Part shown: positions 1-10,075 of the stretch, in pieces
How positions within the stretch are numbered: position 1 is the first letter of the stretch
How the letters are laid out: every line of letters starts with the position of its first letter
Source: a virus
Lineage: Duplodnaviria; Caudoviricetes
Strand: one strand, 5' to 3'
DNA: 64,000 bases
IMG/VR virus record: IMGVR_UViG_3300025372_000001
Made by a program: the position numbers and the translations under genes
The notes under the pieces: generated by a model
Seen by the model: only the letters and a program-made list of their open reading frames with translations
Database searches by the model: none
Told to the model about the DNA's origin: nothing

Positions 1-1429
1 AAATTTATTGTCGGCTGTTCCTATTTCTTATTACGACTTGTCGGCATTTTATCCCACTAATTTATTATACGGTCCACCTTTAGAAGCATGTATTAATATT
101 GGTGGCGGTTCCGGTTATGTCGTTCCTAAATGTGATATTAGTTTAATCAATGCATGTTCTGCCTTATCTTCGCAATATGGTATTTCTCCTGATTATCCGT
201 ATATCATTACAACTGAAACCATTTCTTCTGTAGAAGTATCAACCACTGCAATTGAGTTTCCTACCATTTCCGCATTCTTTGCCAACTTCTGTAATGCATG
301 CAATTGTAACTGTAATTCTCTATCTTCTATTAATGAAACCACTTCTTCTGTTAATTTTACTTTATTTAAAAATATTATAAGTGGATGGGATGGTAGAATT
401 TGGGATGTTTCTGCCACAGATATAAGTAAAGCAACTTTCGTTAAATTCAACAATGTTCCTATTTGTGTTGGAGATGATGCTATTGCCTTAAATTATAATA
501 ACGGTATTATCAGTACTTTTACCTTATGTAATTCTTCATTGAATACTAATGGAAATATGTATCTAGAAAACGTACAGTTCCTCAAGGATTATAAACCTGA
601 TAGTAATGCCTTATATAATACGCAATGTGGATGGAACAATAATGGATTTACTTTAAATCATTATATTAGTTCTAATGATGCATGTATTCGTCATACGCCT
701 GAAAAAGTTCCCGTTGATATTTCCTTTTATAAAAAGAATGAGTTTACACAAGTAGGAGAAGTTACTTCTTATTATAGTTCTAACTTTGATTATGGACTTC
801 AACGTAGACGTAAGGTTTATGATGTATTCTCTTTTGATAATGCTAATAATACTGGAAGTTATGGTGGTTATGGTTCTGATTTATTATTCAATTTTGATTA
901 TGCATTACTTGCATCTACTTTTGGATATAATCTACAAGGATCAAGAATCAATGCAGGATTAGGTTATGATTTAGTAACTTATCATTTAGCTCGGTCTTTC
1001 GTTGAACAGAGTAAGAAAATGTTAAGATATATTTCTTATACATTTGATCCGCATACACAATATTTGAAGATGACTCCTGAACCTCCGAGAGCATTACAAG
1101 GTTGTGCCGATACTTCATGTAATAAAGCTGCATCCATGGAAGCAATTATTGGTGGTTATTCTAATCAATGTTATCTTGTTGGTGTTTATATTGAAGCACC
1201 TGTGCATGAATTACTTTCTTGTTATTTCGTAAGAGAATACACTTTAGCAAGAGCAATGCAAGTTATTGGTAATATTCGTTCTAAATATGGCAATGTTACT
1301 CTTTATGGTGGTGCATCACTTGACGGTAATTCTCTAATCGAAAGAGGAACTGCCCGAATTGAAACCCTTATGAAAGAATTACGTAATGAATCGTACTATG
1401 TTGCTCCCCCGATGCTATTCATTTCATAA
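1..1429 (+). CDS. gp13: Neck protein gp13-like (5' truncated by window edge) with large Cys-rich N-terminal region
   Basis: C-terminus matches T4 gp13 pattern (VREYTLARAMQVIGNIRSKYGNVTLYGGASLDG...PPMLFIS). Frame is open to base 2, so the TTG at 8 is probably not the true start. Confidence 0.8.
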   Translation, partial: NLLSAVPISYYDLSAFYPTNLLYGPPLEACINIGGGSGYVVPKCDISLINACSALSSQYGISPDYPYIITTETISSVEVSTTAIEFPTISAFFANFCNACNCNCNSLSSINETTSSVNFTLFKNIISGWDGRIWDVSATDISKATFVKFNNVPICVGDDAIALNYNNGIISTFTLCNSSLNTNGNMYLENVQFLKDYKPDSNALYNTQCGWNNNGFTLNHYISSNDACIRHTPEKVPVDISFYKKNEFTQVGEVTSYYSSNFDYGLQRRRKVYDVFSFDNANNTGSYGGYGSDLLFNFDYALLASTFGYNLQGSRINAGLGYDLVTYHLARSFVEQSKKMLRYISYTFDPHTQYLKMTPEPPRALQGCADTSCNKAASMEAIIGGYSNQCYLVGVYIEAPVHELLSCYFVREYTLARAMQVIGNIRSKYGNVTLYGGASLDGNSLIERGTARIETLMKELRNESYYVAPPMLFIS

Positions 1430-1493
1430 TTAATAAAATTAAAATACTTGGTAATTAATTTTGTTACCTATTAAAAATTAAATAAATATAAAC

Positions 1494-1790
1494 ATGACAC
1501 CGGAATTTGATAAATTTGTGAATGAGATTCTTCATGAGGCAAAGCGATGTGGAGGACCGTCTTTACGTCAATTAAGTGATAAGTCTCGTTATAGATTTAT
1601 GGCTTGTCGTGAAAACCCATATTCTCCGGGATTTAAGAGAATTTATTGGGGACATAAGGATGGTTCATTTGATTACACTAAATGTGCCCGTGATCCTAGA
1701 CCGGGTACAAGCGCCTATGAAGAATGTAAAGATTTACAACGTGCTATTGCTCGTAGACGCCGTTTAGCCGCAAGAAAACGTAGAAAATAA
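1494..1790 (+). CDS. Small basic hypothetical protein with N-terminal leader (FDKFVNEILHE)
   Basis: ORF preceded by TAAATA box; Arg/Lys-rich C-terminus. Confidence 0.7.
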   Translation: MTPEFDKFVNEILHEAKRCGGPSLRQLSDKSRYRFMACRENPYSPGFKRIYWGHKDGSFDYTKCARDPRPGTSAYEECKDLQRAIARRRRLAARKRRK

Positions 1791-1796
1791 ACTATT

Positions 1797-1958
1797 ATGA
1801 ATTTCCTTGAATTATTATTAATCCGTGATGATAAAGTTTTACATGAAATTGTAAAAGATAAAGAAATTATCAATGAGGAGAAAGATAATAAACCGAAGAA
1901 AAGAAAAATTAAGGGTGAACCTTATGCATTAACCGGTAATCTAATTACTGTTCCGTAG
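1797..1958 (+). CDS. Possible 53-aa ORF (MNFLELLLIRDDK...), not in supplied track
   Basis: Manual translation: ATG at 1797, TAG ending at 1958; fills the gap after the previous gene and overlaps the convergent gene by 37 nt. Confidence 0.4.
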   Translation: MNFLELLLIRDDKVLHEIVKDKEIINEEKDNKPKKRKIKGEPYALTGNLITVP

Positions 1959-2539
1959 AATCCTAATATTTTTCTATCTACTGATTTATGAGCAACTGCT
2001 ACTGATCTGACACGAAATTTAGTATTGTTTTTATGATTATAAACCATGTATTCTGTTTCGTAAGGAATATCAAGGGCAATAGATTCTAGCCATTTTTTCC
2101 ATACTTCAATACGTTCTAATTCGTCTACAGAGGTTAACCAGCCATTACCTTTGGCTTCTTCGAAAGTTAAACCAAACATTTCACAATAGGCTTTATTGAC
2201 CCATGTACAACGGCCTTCTGCATCACATTCATATGCACCAGTAGTAATTAAATTACTGGCTATCATTTTAGAACGAAGTTCGGCAAGAGCAACGGCATCA
2301 TCAATTCTGTTGATTTGATCTTTGATAGATTTTCCGCCATTTTTAGATAATTCTTTATCTAAAGATTTGATTAGGGGAAGAACGGTTTCGTTGAGAGTTT
2401 TTTCAAAGTTTTCTTGGGTTTTGATGAGTTTTTTAATAGGTTGAATTAACATTTTCCAACCACCCCACAAAAATCCAACAATAGCGCCTAATGCTACAAG
2501 ACTTTCTAATACTGCTTGAATAATAGTAATATATTGCAT
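1922..2539 (-). CDS. Single-TM membrane protein with C-terminal PAS domain (putative holin-like)
   Basis: Hydrophobic segment aa ~4-32, coiled coil (NGGKSIKDQINR), then PAS signature YECDAEGRCTWVNKAYCEMFGLTFEEAKGNGW...PYETEY; follows the fibre genes. Confidence 0.7.
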   Translation of the reverse strand: MQYITIIQAVLESLVALGAIVGFLWGGWKMLIQPIKKLIKTQENFEKTLNETVLPLIKSLDKELSKNGGKSIKDQINRIDDAVALAELRSKMIASNLITTGAYECDAEGRCTWVNKAYCEMFGLTFEEAKGNGWLTSVDELERIEVWKKWLESIALDIPYETEYMVYNHKNNTKFRVRSVAVAHKSVDRKILGFYGTVIRLPVNA

Positions 2540-2588
2540 CTACAATTTATTTATTAAAATATAAAGGATAAAATAATCTTCTAGAAGA

Positions 2589-2942
2589 TTATTTTATAGT
2601 AACAGTATTATCAGGATTAATGGTACATTCAAAAGGAGGAGTGTATTCGGAAGGTTGCATGGTAGCAATAGGCGTATTACCATATCCTCCAAGAATAAAG
2701 GTGGCTAATTCGCCTCCGTGTTTAAACATTAGTCCTGCATTCGGTCCAAGGGCATTTAAAACCTCTTGTGGATTAACACCGAGTTCGGCAGTTCTCGACC
2801 ATAATTTTTGAAAAGGTTGTTGATGAATATTTAATATTTGTGTAGGTCCGTCCATACACATCTGTATTAATTCGTCAGCAATAACCTGTGCAGTCGTTTT
2901 TTCAATACTCAATGGGGCAAATAATGTATCGATAGTTGGCAT
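2589..2942 (-). CDS. Hypothetical protein downstream of fibre gene (possible fibre assembly chaperone)
   Basis: ORF with TAAATA box upstream; position after fibre gene. Chaperone role is inferred from position only. Confidence 0.5.
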   Translation of the reverse strand: MPTIDTLFAPLSIEKTTAQVIADELIQMCMDGPTQILNIHQQPFQKLWSRTAELGVNPQEVLNALGPNAGLMFKHGGELATFILGGYGNTPIATMQPSEYTPPFECTINPDNTVTIK

Positions 2943-2955
2943 ATATAGATGATAT

Positions 2956-5868
2956 TTATGCAGGTTCTATTATAAACCATGCCACATCCGAGGCATCTAA
3001 TATATTAGTGCTAGTAATGGTGAAGGATGTTCCTGCGATTCTTGAAGATATATAAGGGGTTCCTATATTAGCAATGGTGCCACCTTGTATAGTTAAATGA
3101 ATTCTACTACTATTTGTTACTTTTGTGGTATTTATCGTGGCAGTTCCTCCTGAAAGAGTGACCAATCCACTGATTGCATTGGTTCCTTCTTTAATTAAAA
3201 AGGAACTACCTACTGCACTTAAGGTGATACTACCAGCAAATGCGGTATTTCCTGCACTAGTAATATTAATTGTGGTAGAACCCCCTGTAACAAGTTGAAT
3301 ACCTCTTGCAGAACCCCCCACTGTTCCTTTATTGGTTCCTATTCTTACGGTGTTAGCTACGGTTTTCCAATCTATTTCAAAATCTTCAAAATTAGTACTA
3401 TTGGTATAGGTATTCATCACCGAAAACCTTTGAGCCGTGCTGGCGTTTTTTTGCACTAAACATGTATCACTACCGAGAGTGGTGCCTGCCAATTGTGGAC
3501 CTGTGAAATTATATTGACTAAAATTTACCTGATCGAGGCATGCTCCTAATAACTCTACCGTGAACCATCCTCCTTGGGAGGAGGTCCATGCCTGCGCCCC
3601 GTTAACGATGCAATCCATTCGAGTAGATGCAATCGATGCAAATCCAGTATTTGACGCCCCAATACATAACATAGGCGTAGTGAATGCTTGCGTACCTGAA
3701 ACAGTAAGATTTCCTGAATCATCAATAGTACAATAACTACTTTTTAATGTTTTACCTCCTGAACCACTAGTCCGAAGAATAGTATTATTCACAAAACCAG
3801 TACTACCTCCTACTCCACTTACCGAACTCAATGAAGTTAATATAGAATAAGAAGTGTTCCAATTAGCACTATTAGCTTGAACCGTATTAGTTGTTGCAAG
3901 GAAAATACTGGAATTGCTTCTTGCCCAAGTAGTGAAAATTGGATCAGTTTCAACACTTAAGCCACTCAATACCCAAATGGCACTATTATTTTGAACAGTT
4001 GTTCTTGTATCAACATAGTTAGCACTATTACTATTAACATTGGAATAAACACTCGAATTATTTCCTGATTGAGTATTAAAACTATTATACGTACTTTGCC
4101 AATTACCAGTTAATGTCTTAATATCCGTTCCTTGATAATTCCACTGAACAGCACTGTTACTTTGAACAGTATTAACCGCATTAATATACGAGGCGGAATT
4201 ATTATTGACATTAGAAAATACCGAATTCCAATTAGCAGAGTTAGTATTAACTGATGAAAATACCGAAAGATTGTTTGCTGACTGTGAATTAAAGGTAGTA
4301 TAATTACTATTATAGTTTGCACTATTACTATTAACATTGGAATAAACACTAAGGTTATTAGCAGATTGTGTAGAGAAACCGTTGAATGTATTTTGCCAAT
4401 TAGCACTAATAGATTTAATATCAGTTCCTTGATAATTCCAATTTAATGAACTATTAGTTTGAACCGTAACAAAAACATTTTGCCAATTAGATGAATAGGT
4501 ATTAGAGTTAGTATAATTACTGGAATTGTTTGCACTATTCGAATTTACATTGGAATATACGCTTAGATTGTTAGCAGATTGCACACTATAACTAGTATAA
4601 CTATTTTGCCAGTTACTTGTTAAACTTTTTATATCTGTTCCTTGGTAATTCCATTGAACCGCACTATTAACATTAACATCGGAATATACTGAATTCCAAT
4701 TAGCAGAATTAGCATTTGTAGTAGTATAATTACTAGAATTATTTGCACTAACTCCATTGACATAATTGAATACAGAAGACCAATTGGCACTGTTGCTATG
4801 AACATTAGAATAAACACTTAAATTGTTGGCTGATTGAATATTAAAACTAGTATAATTGCTTTGCCAATTACTTGTTAAACTTTTAATATCAGTTCCTTGA
4901 TAATTCCAATTTATTGCAGAATTACTCTGAACAATATTATATGTTGCTAAAAATAAAGCAGAATTATTATGTGCCCAAGAAGTAAAAATAGGATCAGTTT
5001 CTACGCTTAATCCACTTAATACCCATATTGAGCTATTAGTTGCAACCGTATTTAGAGTGTTTTGCCAATCACCAGTTAAGACCTGAATATCTGTTCCTTG
5101 ATAGTTCCATTGAATAGCCGAATTGTTAGTAACAATAGTAACAACATCATTCCAATTAGCAGAATTAGAATACACTTGAGTATCAACGGTTGAATCGATG
5201 CCAATACCTGTTAAAGTGTTTCCGCTCCAATCAAACATTACATCTCCATTTGCATTATGTAATACTCTTGCATTAGGATCAATACTGATTTGATTATTAG
5301 AATCTTGAATAGCAGTATTTGGAAGAAATAATAAAGGAGAACCAAGGGGAAGATAATATACTGTTACACCGTCTTGTTGAAAATTTGTCAATCTTCCTGC
5401 TTGATAATTTAATTCATAATTAACTGAACATTTTAAAGAAATACCTTTATTTCCACCAATACCTAAATCAGTTGTTCCTTGTGTTAAATTTGATCCATTT
5501 TGAAAAGCAATAATGGCATCTTGATTCATTATTCCCCCCGATAAAGGAAGAGAATTTTCTTGAACAAATAATGCGGAACCGGCTGCATCAAATGCTGATA
5601 TATCTTGAAAAGCAGCAGAACCTAAGAAGTTTCCTCCTATTAATAATTGATCCGCAGAAATAGAAGGAGAATATAATGCATCTAGAGTATTATTATATAA
5701 ATGTAAATCTCCAGTCATCGTTCCTCCTGCTAATGGCAGATAATCATTTTGAATATTGGTTACTGTTGAATTAATATTATCTAAATCATTCTGCACATCA
5801 GAAGATACAGAAGTTCCAAACTTTCTATACAATTCTGTGTTAAGATTAATCTGTTGTTGTGATGCCAT
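2956..5868 (-). CDS. Tail fibre-like protein with Asn/Ser-rich repeats
   Basis: YLPLAGGTMTG fibre motif; five WNYQGTDI repeats; beta-rich C-terminal tip (GGTATINTTKVTNSSRIHLT...VAWFIIEP). Confidence 0.75.
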   Translation of the reverse strand: MASQQQINLNTELYRKFGTSVSSDVQNDLDNINSTVTNIQNDYLPLAGGTMTGDLHLYNNTLDALYSPSISADQLLIGGNFLGSAAFQDISAFDAAGSALFVQENSLPLSGGIMNQDAIIAFQNGSNLTQGTTDLGIGGNKGISLKCSVNYELNYQAGRLTNFQQDGVTVYYLPLGSPLLFLPNTAIQDSNNQISIDPNARVLHNANGDVMFDWSGNTLTGIGIDSTVDTQVYSNSANWNDVVTIVTNNSAIQWNYQGTDIQVLTGDWQNTLNTVATNSSIWVLSGLSVETDPIFTSWAHNNSALFLATYNIVQSNSAINWNYQGTDIKSLTSNWQSNYTSFNIQSANNLSVYSNVHSNSANWSSVFNYVNGVSANNSSNYTTTNANSANWNSVYSDVNVNSAVQWNYQGTDIKSLTSNWQNSYTSYSVQSANNLSVYSNVNSNSANNSSNYTNSNTYSSNWQNVFVTVQTNSSLNWNYQGTDIKSISANWQNTFNGFSTQSANNLSVYSNVNSNSANYNSNYTTFNSQSANNLSVFSSVNTNSANWNSVFSNVNNNSASYINAVNTVQSNSAVQWNYQGTDIKTLTGNWQSTYNSFNTQSGNNSSVYSNVNSNSANYVDTRTTVQNNSAIWVLSGLSVETDPIFTTWARSNSSIFLATTNTVQANSANWNTSYSILTSLSSVSGVGGSTGFVNNTILRTSGSGGKTLKSSYCTIDDSGNLTVSGTQAFTTPMLCIGASNTGFASIASTRMDCIVNGAQAWTSSQGGWFTVELLGACLDQVNFSQYNFTGPQLAGTTLGSDTCLVQKNASTAQRFSVMNTYTNSTNFEDFEIDWKTVANTVRIGTNKGTVGGSARGIQLVTGGSTTINITSAGNTAFAGSITLSAVGSSFLIKEGTNAISGLVTLSGGTATINTTKVTNSSRIHLTIQGGTIANIGTPYISSRIAGTSFTITSTNILDASDVAWFIIEPA

Positions 5869-5884
5869 TGTTCAATTATTTACA

Positions 5885-6823
5885 TTAATCACGGTCTTCC
5901 CAATTACCAATATAATTTAAGGCAACCCATCTATACGGACAAGGAACGAAATAACTTATTTGAAAACCTCCTGTTTCAGTTATATCAAAAGTATTAGGAT
6001 CAACTACATCAACCCATTCACCATAAGTATAAAAATTACCAATGACATTATTAAGTAAAACTAAAAAATTTCCCTCATCTTTATTATAGGCCATATATCC
6101 AATTGCGCCACTATCTCTTCCTTTTAAAGTGTCGCCATAATTAATTGTTCCATACCAATTATAAGACCATATCTGTGCCTCATTAACGGGTAATGATATT
6201 AATTCTAAGTAATTTCCGACATCACTAGCATAACAAGAATATTGAGCCATATTTCTTCCCAAACGAAAACACCATTCACTATTATCGCCATTATCGGGAT
6301 ATACTGAAAATTGACTTAATGCATCAGGTTTAGTTGCAAGAAATTTAAAAACCCCTTGACCGACTGCATCTGCTAAAGGAGGTAAATGAAAAGAAGTATA
6401 ACTATAATATGGAACGGATTGATCAGTTAAAATCAATCCTGCTTGATCAACCGAAATAGGAATATTATACCATCCCGGTCCATTATTAGGAGCAATGAAA
6501 ATACTGTTCTGCCATGATGCCGAATGAGTCTGAACAGTCGTAGTAGTATCTTGTCCACCATTCCCCCATACTGCCGACATTCCACTTACAGTAGTAAATG
6601 TGCTATTCCAATCAACGATTTCTATATCAGTAATCTCTTCCGAATTAATGAATATATTCGTAGCAGAGATAGTTAATCCGCTTAAATTACCGCTAAGCGT
6701 TCCTCCACTTAAAGGAAGATAATTAACGGTGATTTTATTGACTCCTTGAGCAAAATCGGTAATATCCTTTACCGTATGAGTATGGGCAATATTTTTAGAT
6801 ACTATTCGTTGGGAACAAGACAC
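5885..6823 (-). CDS. Fibre-like virion protein
   Basis: HTHTVKDITDF and YLPLSGGTLSG fibre motifs. Start moved to GTG 6823 because a TAAATA box lies just upstream. Confidence 0.6.
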   Translation of the reverse strand: MSCSQRIVSKNIAHTHTVKDITDFAQGVNKITVNYLPLSGGTLSGNLSGLTISATNIFINSEEITDIEIVDWNSTFTTVSGMSAVWGNGGQDTTTTVQTHSASWQNSIFIAPNNGPGWYNIPISVDQAGLILTDQSVPYYSYTSFHLPPLADAVGQGVFKFLATKPDALSQFSVYPDNGDNSEWCFRLGRNMAQYSCYASDVGNYLELISLPVNEAQIWSYNWYGTINYGDTLKGRDSGAIGYMAYNKDEGNFLVLLNNVIGNFYTYGEWVDVVDPNTFDITETGGFQISYFVPCPYRWVALNYIGNWEDRD

Positions 6824-6846
6824 TAAATTATTTACCAATTAATTCA

Positions 6847-8112
6847 TTAGGTCAAATCTTCCACCGTAATTTCCCCCAATTGCATCAATTCTCTAATTTG
6901 CTCGATAATTGCATTTCTATCCACTTCCTCTGGCTCGTAATAAATTATCTGTGCATCCTCATAGATAACAGTCGGAGCGTTTAAATCACTGGTTATAATT
7001 AAACCATTGAGGTACGGATATTGCTCCACACACCAACTATAATGTTCTGGTACACTTACTGGATAAGGATTTTCGACTCTATTACATCTATTTGCATCTT
7101 TAGTCAATTTACTCCATCCACAATCATTGACTGCAATAATATCAACTAATCCCGGCCCCCCAGCAGTCGGCATCTGAAAGCTTAATCTTTGTGGACTTAT
7201 CAACGAAAACGTATCAATAGGATAACCATTAATAACTGTTCCATCCGGCATAGTAAATGCTGACATTGGATACATTAGCGAATTATTACCAGAAAGATAT
7301 AAGTTAGTAACTTGTTGAAACCCGCCTCCATCTACATTAATCGTAGGCGTATCAGTCGTTCTAAAATAATATTCATTAACAAACCTCAATTGCGGTTGCC
7401 CCGATATTGAATAATAATCCGTTTGATTAGCAGAAGCATAATTCGCAGTTGTTTTATAATCGCAATCCAACATATCTGTTACAATTATATCATCATAAAT
7501 GAAACAGATGGGTTTAACTGGATTTAGAACTGTTCTGAATAACCAAGTCTTAATAGTAAATTTAGCCGTTGCAGTTAAACGATACGGAACTTTATTGTCT
7601 AGATTTCCTCCTACTGTCGGATAATCCATTCCAATATTTCCATCCCAATGGGTTTCTACTCTCAATTCATTTCCTGTCTTTGGTTCTCTTATTGAATACA
7701 CGATATATGGATTAAAAAACACGGAAAAATTCTGAATAATTTGTTCAACGTCTTGTTGATACTTTCCAAGAATAGTAATTTCTACATCAATATTCCAAGG
7801 AATAGCTCTGATATTAGTAAACCCTCCTTGTTCATTTTTATAAATTATATCTTCTGTTTTATTCTTGTTACGACTATCATCTCTTCTCATTCCAGTAGTT
7901 GTCATTGCAACAATAGGAAATTTAACTGTGTCAGGCTTACCAGTTATATCTTGAAGAATTCTAGACTTTGGCCCATAAATGAAATTAACCTTGATACGAT
8001 CCGTTTGCTTACCCGTCATATCTTCATAACGTCTAATCTCCATAGAATCTAAAACATGTTCCAACATCTTCAGATTCTTACTGATTTCAAAATTATAATT
8101 ATACTCTTCCAT
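6847..8112 (-). CDS. gp15: Tail sheath stabiliser/completion protein gp15-like with Ig-like C-terminal extension
   Basis: KVNFIYGPKSRIL...FPIVAM...PWNIDVEITILGKYQQDVEQIIQNFSVFFNP resembles the gp15 family. Confidence 0.75.
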   Translation of the reverse strand: MEEYNYNFEISKNLKMLEHVLDSMEIRRYEDMTGKQTDRIKVNFIYGPKSRILQDITGKPDTVKFPIVAMTTTGMRRDDSRNKNKTEDIIYKNEQGGFTNIRAIPWNIDVEITILGKYQQDVEQIIQNFSVFFNPYIVYSIREPKTGNELRVETHWDGNIGMDYPTVGGNLDNKVPYRLTATAKFTIKTWLFRTVLNPVKPICFIYDDIIVTDMLDCDYKTTANYASANQTDYYSISGQPQLRFVNEYYFRTTDTPTINVDGGGFQQVTNLYLSGNNSLMYPMSAFTMPDGTVINGYPIDTFSLISPQRLSFQMPTAGGPGLVDIIAVNDCGWSKLTKDANRCNRVENPYPVSVPEHYSWCVEQYPYLNGLIITSDLNAPTVIYEDAQIIYYEPEEVDRNAIIEQIRELMQLGEITVEDLT

Positions 8113-8118
8113 TTAAAT

Positions 8119-8132
8119 TATTTACATAAATA
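8119..8132. promoter_or_regulatory. Back-to-back late promoter boxes (TAAATA on both strands)
   Basis: TATTTA 8119-8124 serves gp15 (ATG 8112); TAAATA 8127-8132 serves gp14 (ATG 8138). Confidence 0.7.
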
Positions 8133-8137
8133 TTATC

Positions 8138-8923
8138 ATGGCATATGCTGATTCATTGTTCTCCTTTACTCCCCAACATGGTTATTCATTTAATCCTGTT
8201 GGGAATAACAGAAGTGGTGATAATGCTAATCCAATCAGTGTTAATACCAATCCATACGTTCCTAATTGTGGACCAAATCTAATTGAACAAATCCATAAAC
8301 AACAATACCAGGAATATGTTAATAATTTCGGCCAAACTATTTCTTATCAACCCGTAAAATATAATTTCAATACCCACAATTTCCTTTATGGTGAAGACCC
8401 AACATCCGGTTATTTCTATGCAAGAAAAATGAAAGCAATTATTGAATTTAGTTCTTATACAACTTTCTTAACTAAATTTGGTATTATGTCTGATTCTGAT
8501 ATTACGATTTATATTCCTATTTCAGAATTTAATAGAGCATGGGGTTCTCCACAAGGGGAAACTTATCCATTAGCAGGAGATTTATTTATTATTGATGCAG
8601 AAGCATGTGATAGACCCCTCGGCCAGTCCCCAATGTGCTTCCAAATTTCTGATAAAGCTGATAATATTAAACCTGTTGATTTTATGGGTAAACATTATGT
8701 TTGGAAATTAGTTGCTAATAGATTTGACTACAGCTACGAACCCAATGCTCCTGTGGAGAAATTCTTATCAGAAAATTCAGGAGATTCTCCTGCATATGGA
8801 AGATTACCAGGAGGCGATAACCCTCCTGATTTATCCACTAAAGAATATAATATTGATACTTTTAGCAGGGCTGAATTTGATTTACCTAAAAAAGAACAAT
8901 CAGTATATGGGACTTATTTGTAA
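8138..8923 (+). CDS. gp14: Neck protein gp14-like
   Basis: FLYGEDPTS...FLTKFGIMSDSDITIYI...PLAGDLF...YVWKL pattern. Confidence 0.75.
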   Translation: MAYADSLFSFTPQHGYSFNPVGNNRSGDNANPISVNTNPYVPNCGPNLIEQIHKQQYQEYVNNFGQTISYQPVKYNFNTHNFLYGEDPTSGYFYARKMKAIIEFSSYTTFLTKFGIMSDSDITIYIPISEFNRAWGSPQGETYPLAGDLFIIDAEACDRPLGQSPMCFQISDKADNIKPVDFMGKHYVWKLVANRFDYSYEPNAPVEKFLSENSGDSPAYGRLPGGDNPPDLSTKEYNIDTFSRAEFDLPKKEQSVYGTYL

Positions 8924-8961
8924 TTTACTTGTTTGTTATTCTGTGCTACATTAAATACTTA

Positions 8962-10029
8962 ATGATGGATATACAGAATAATAATAAAAGAAAGAAATGG
9001 ACAAACGAGATGATCAAACAGGAAGCTTTGAAGTATAATACTCGTTCTGATTGGGGTAAAAATTCAACTGTTTCGTACTGTCTTGCAATACGTAGAAAAA
9101 TATTAAATGAATGCACTTCACATATGGTTTATAAGACTAATCCTTTTGTTGATGACATAGGTATAATATATGCATATTTATTTGAAGATAATAGTATCTA
9201 TATAGGATTAACGGTATGCCCGGAGAAACGTCGCTCGACACATTTACGCGAAGGAATTGTAAGTGAAAAAATAAAACAAAATATAAAATTTGAATATAAA
9301 ATATTAGAATCTAATATTCCAAATAATATTTTATCGGACAGAGAAAAATTTTATTTGGAATATTATACAAGAGAATTCCCTAATTTAACCCTTTTGAATA
9401 GAAGTAAAGGTGGCTCTAGAGGATCGTTATACAATAAAATAAGCAATGACCAATTAAAACAATCTGCCCTTGATTTTACTTCCAGAATACAATGGCATGA
9501 TAATGCCCCTAAGATGTATTCTATAGCAGTAAGACGAAAATTAGTTGATTGGTGTTGTGCTCATATGGTACCACTGAGAACGGATTGGAATGTTGATAAG
9601 GCAGTAAAAGAAGGTTTAAAATATTCATATGTTTCTGAATGGCAAAAGAATAATAAATCATCGTATAATTTCTTAAACAATAAAGGATTGGTTCATCTTG
9701 TAACTGAACATTTAGAGAAGAAACATCTATCATGGAATGAAGAATCAATCTTAAAGGAAGCGCAGAAATATACATCGTTAAAAGACTGGTACACTTGTTC
9801 ACCCAAGTCATATTCTTCCGCAATTAGATTAAATCTTTTTGATAAATGTTCAGCACATATGACGAGATTAAAAAGACAGTGGGATGCTGATTCAATATTA
9901 GCAGATGCCAAATTATATAACAATATCACAAAATGGATAAAGGCGAGTTCGCGTGCCTATACAGTTGCTAAAGAACTGAACATTTTAAAGGAATGTACTG
10001 CGCATATGGTTAAACATTCTGAACTGTGA
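8962..10029 (+). mobile_element. Free-standing GIY-YIG homing endonuclease with five ~43-aa repeats
   Basis: GIIYAY...IYIGLT motif; repeats of the type W...I..EA.KY....W......Y..A.....L..C..HM. Start at 8962 follows a TAAATA box. Confidence 0.75.
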
Positions 10030-10060
10030 TTTTTGAATTTTTGATTAAATATAACGATTA

Positions 10061-10068
10061 TATAAATA
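10061..10068 (+). promoter_or_regulatory. T4-type late promoter TATAAATA
   Basis: Exact T4 late consensus 7 nt before the gp21 ATG. Confidence 0.8.
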
Positions 10069-10075
10069 ATCTTAT

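Noticed and set aside
3870-5170. Diversity-generating retroelement TR/VR pair or ice-nucleation repeats in the fibre
   Set aside because: Differences between repeats are not adenine-specific, there is no reverse transcriptase in the window, and the units do not match ice-nucleation octapeptides.
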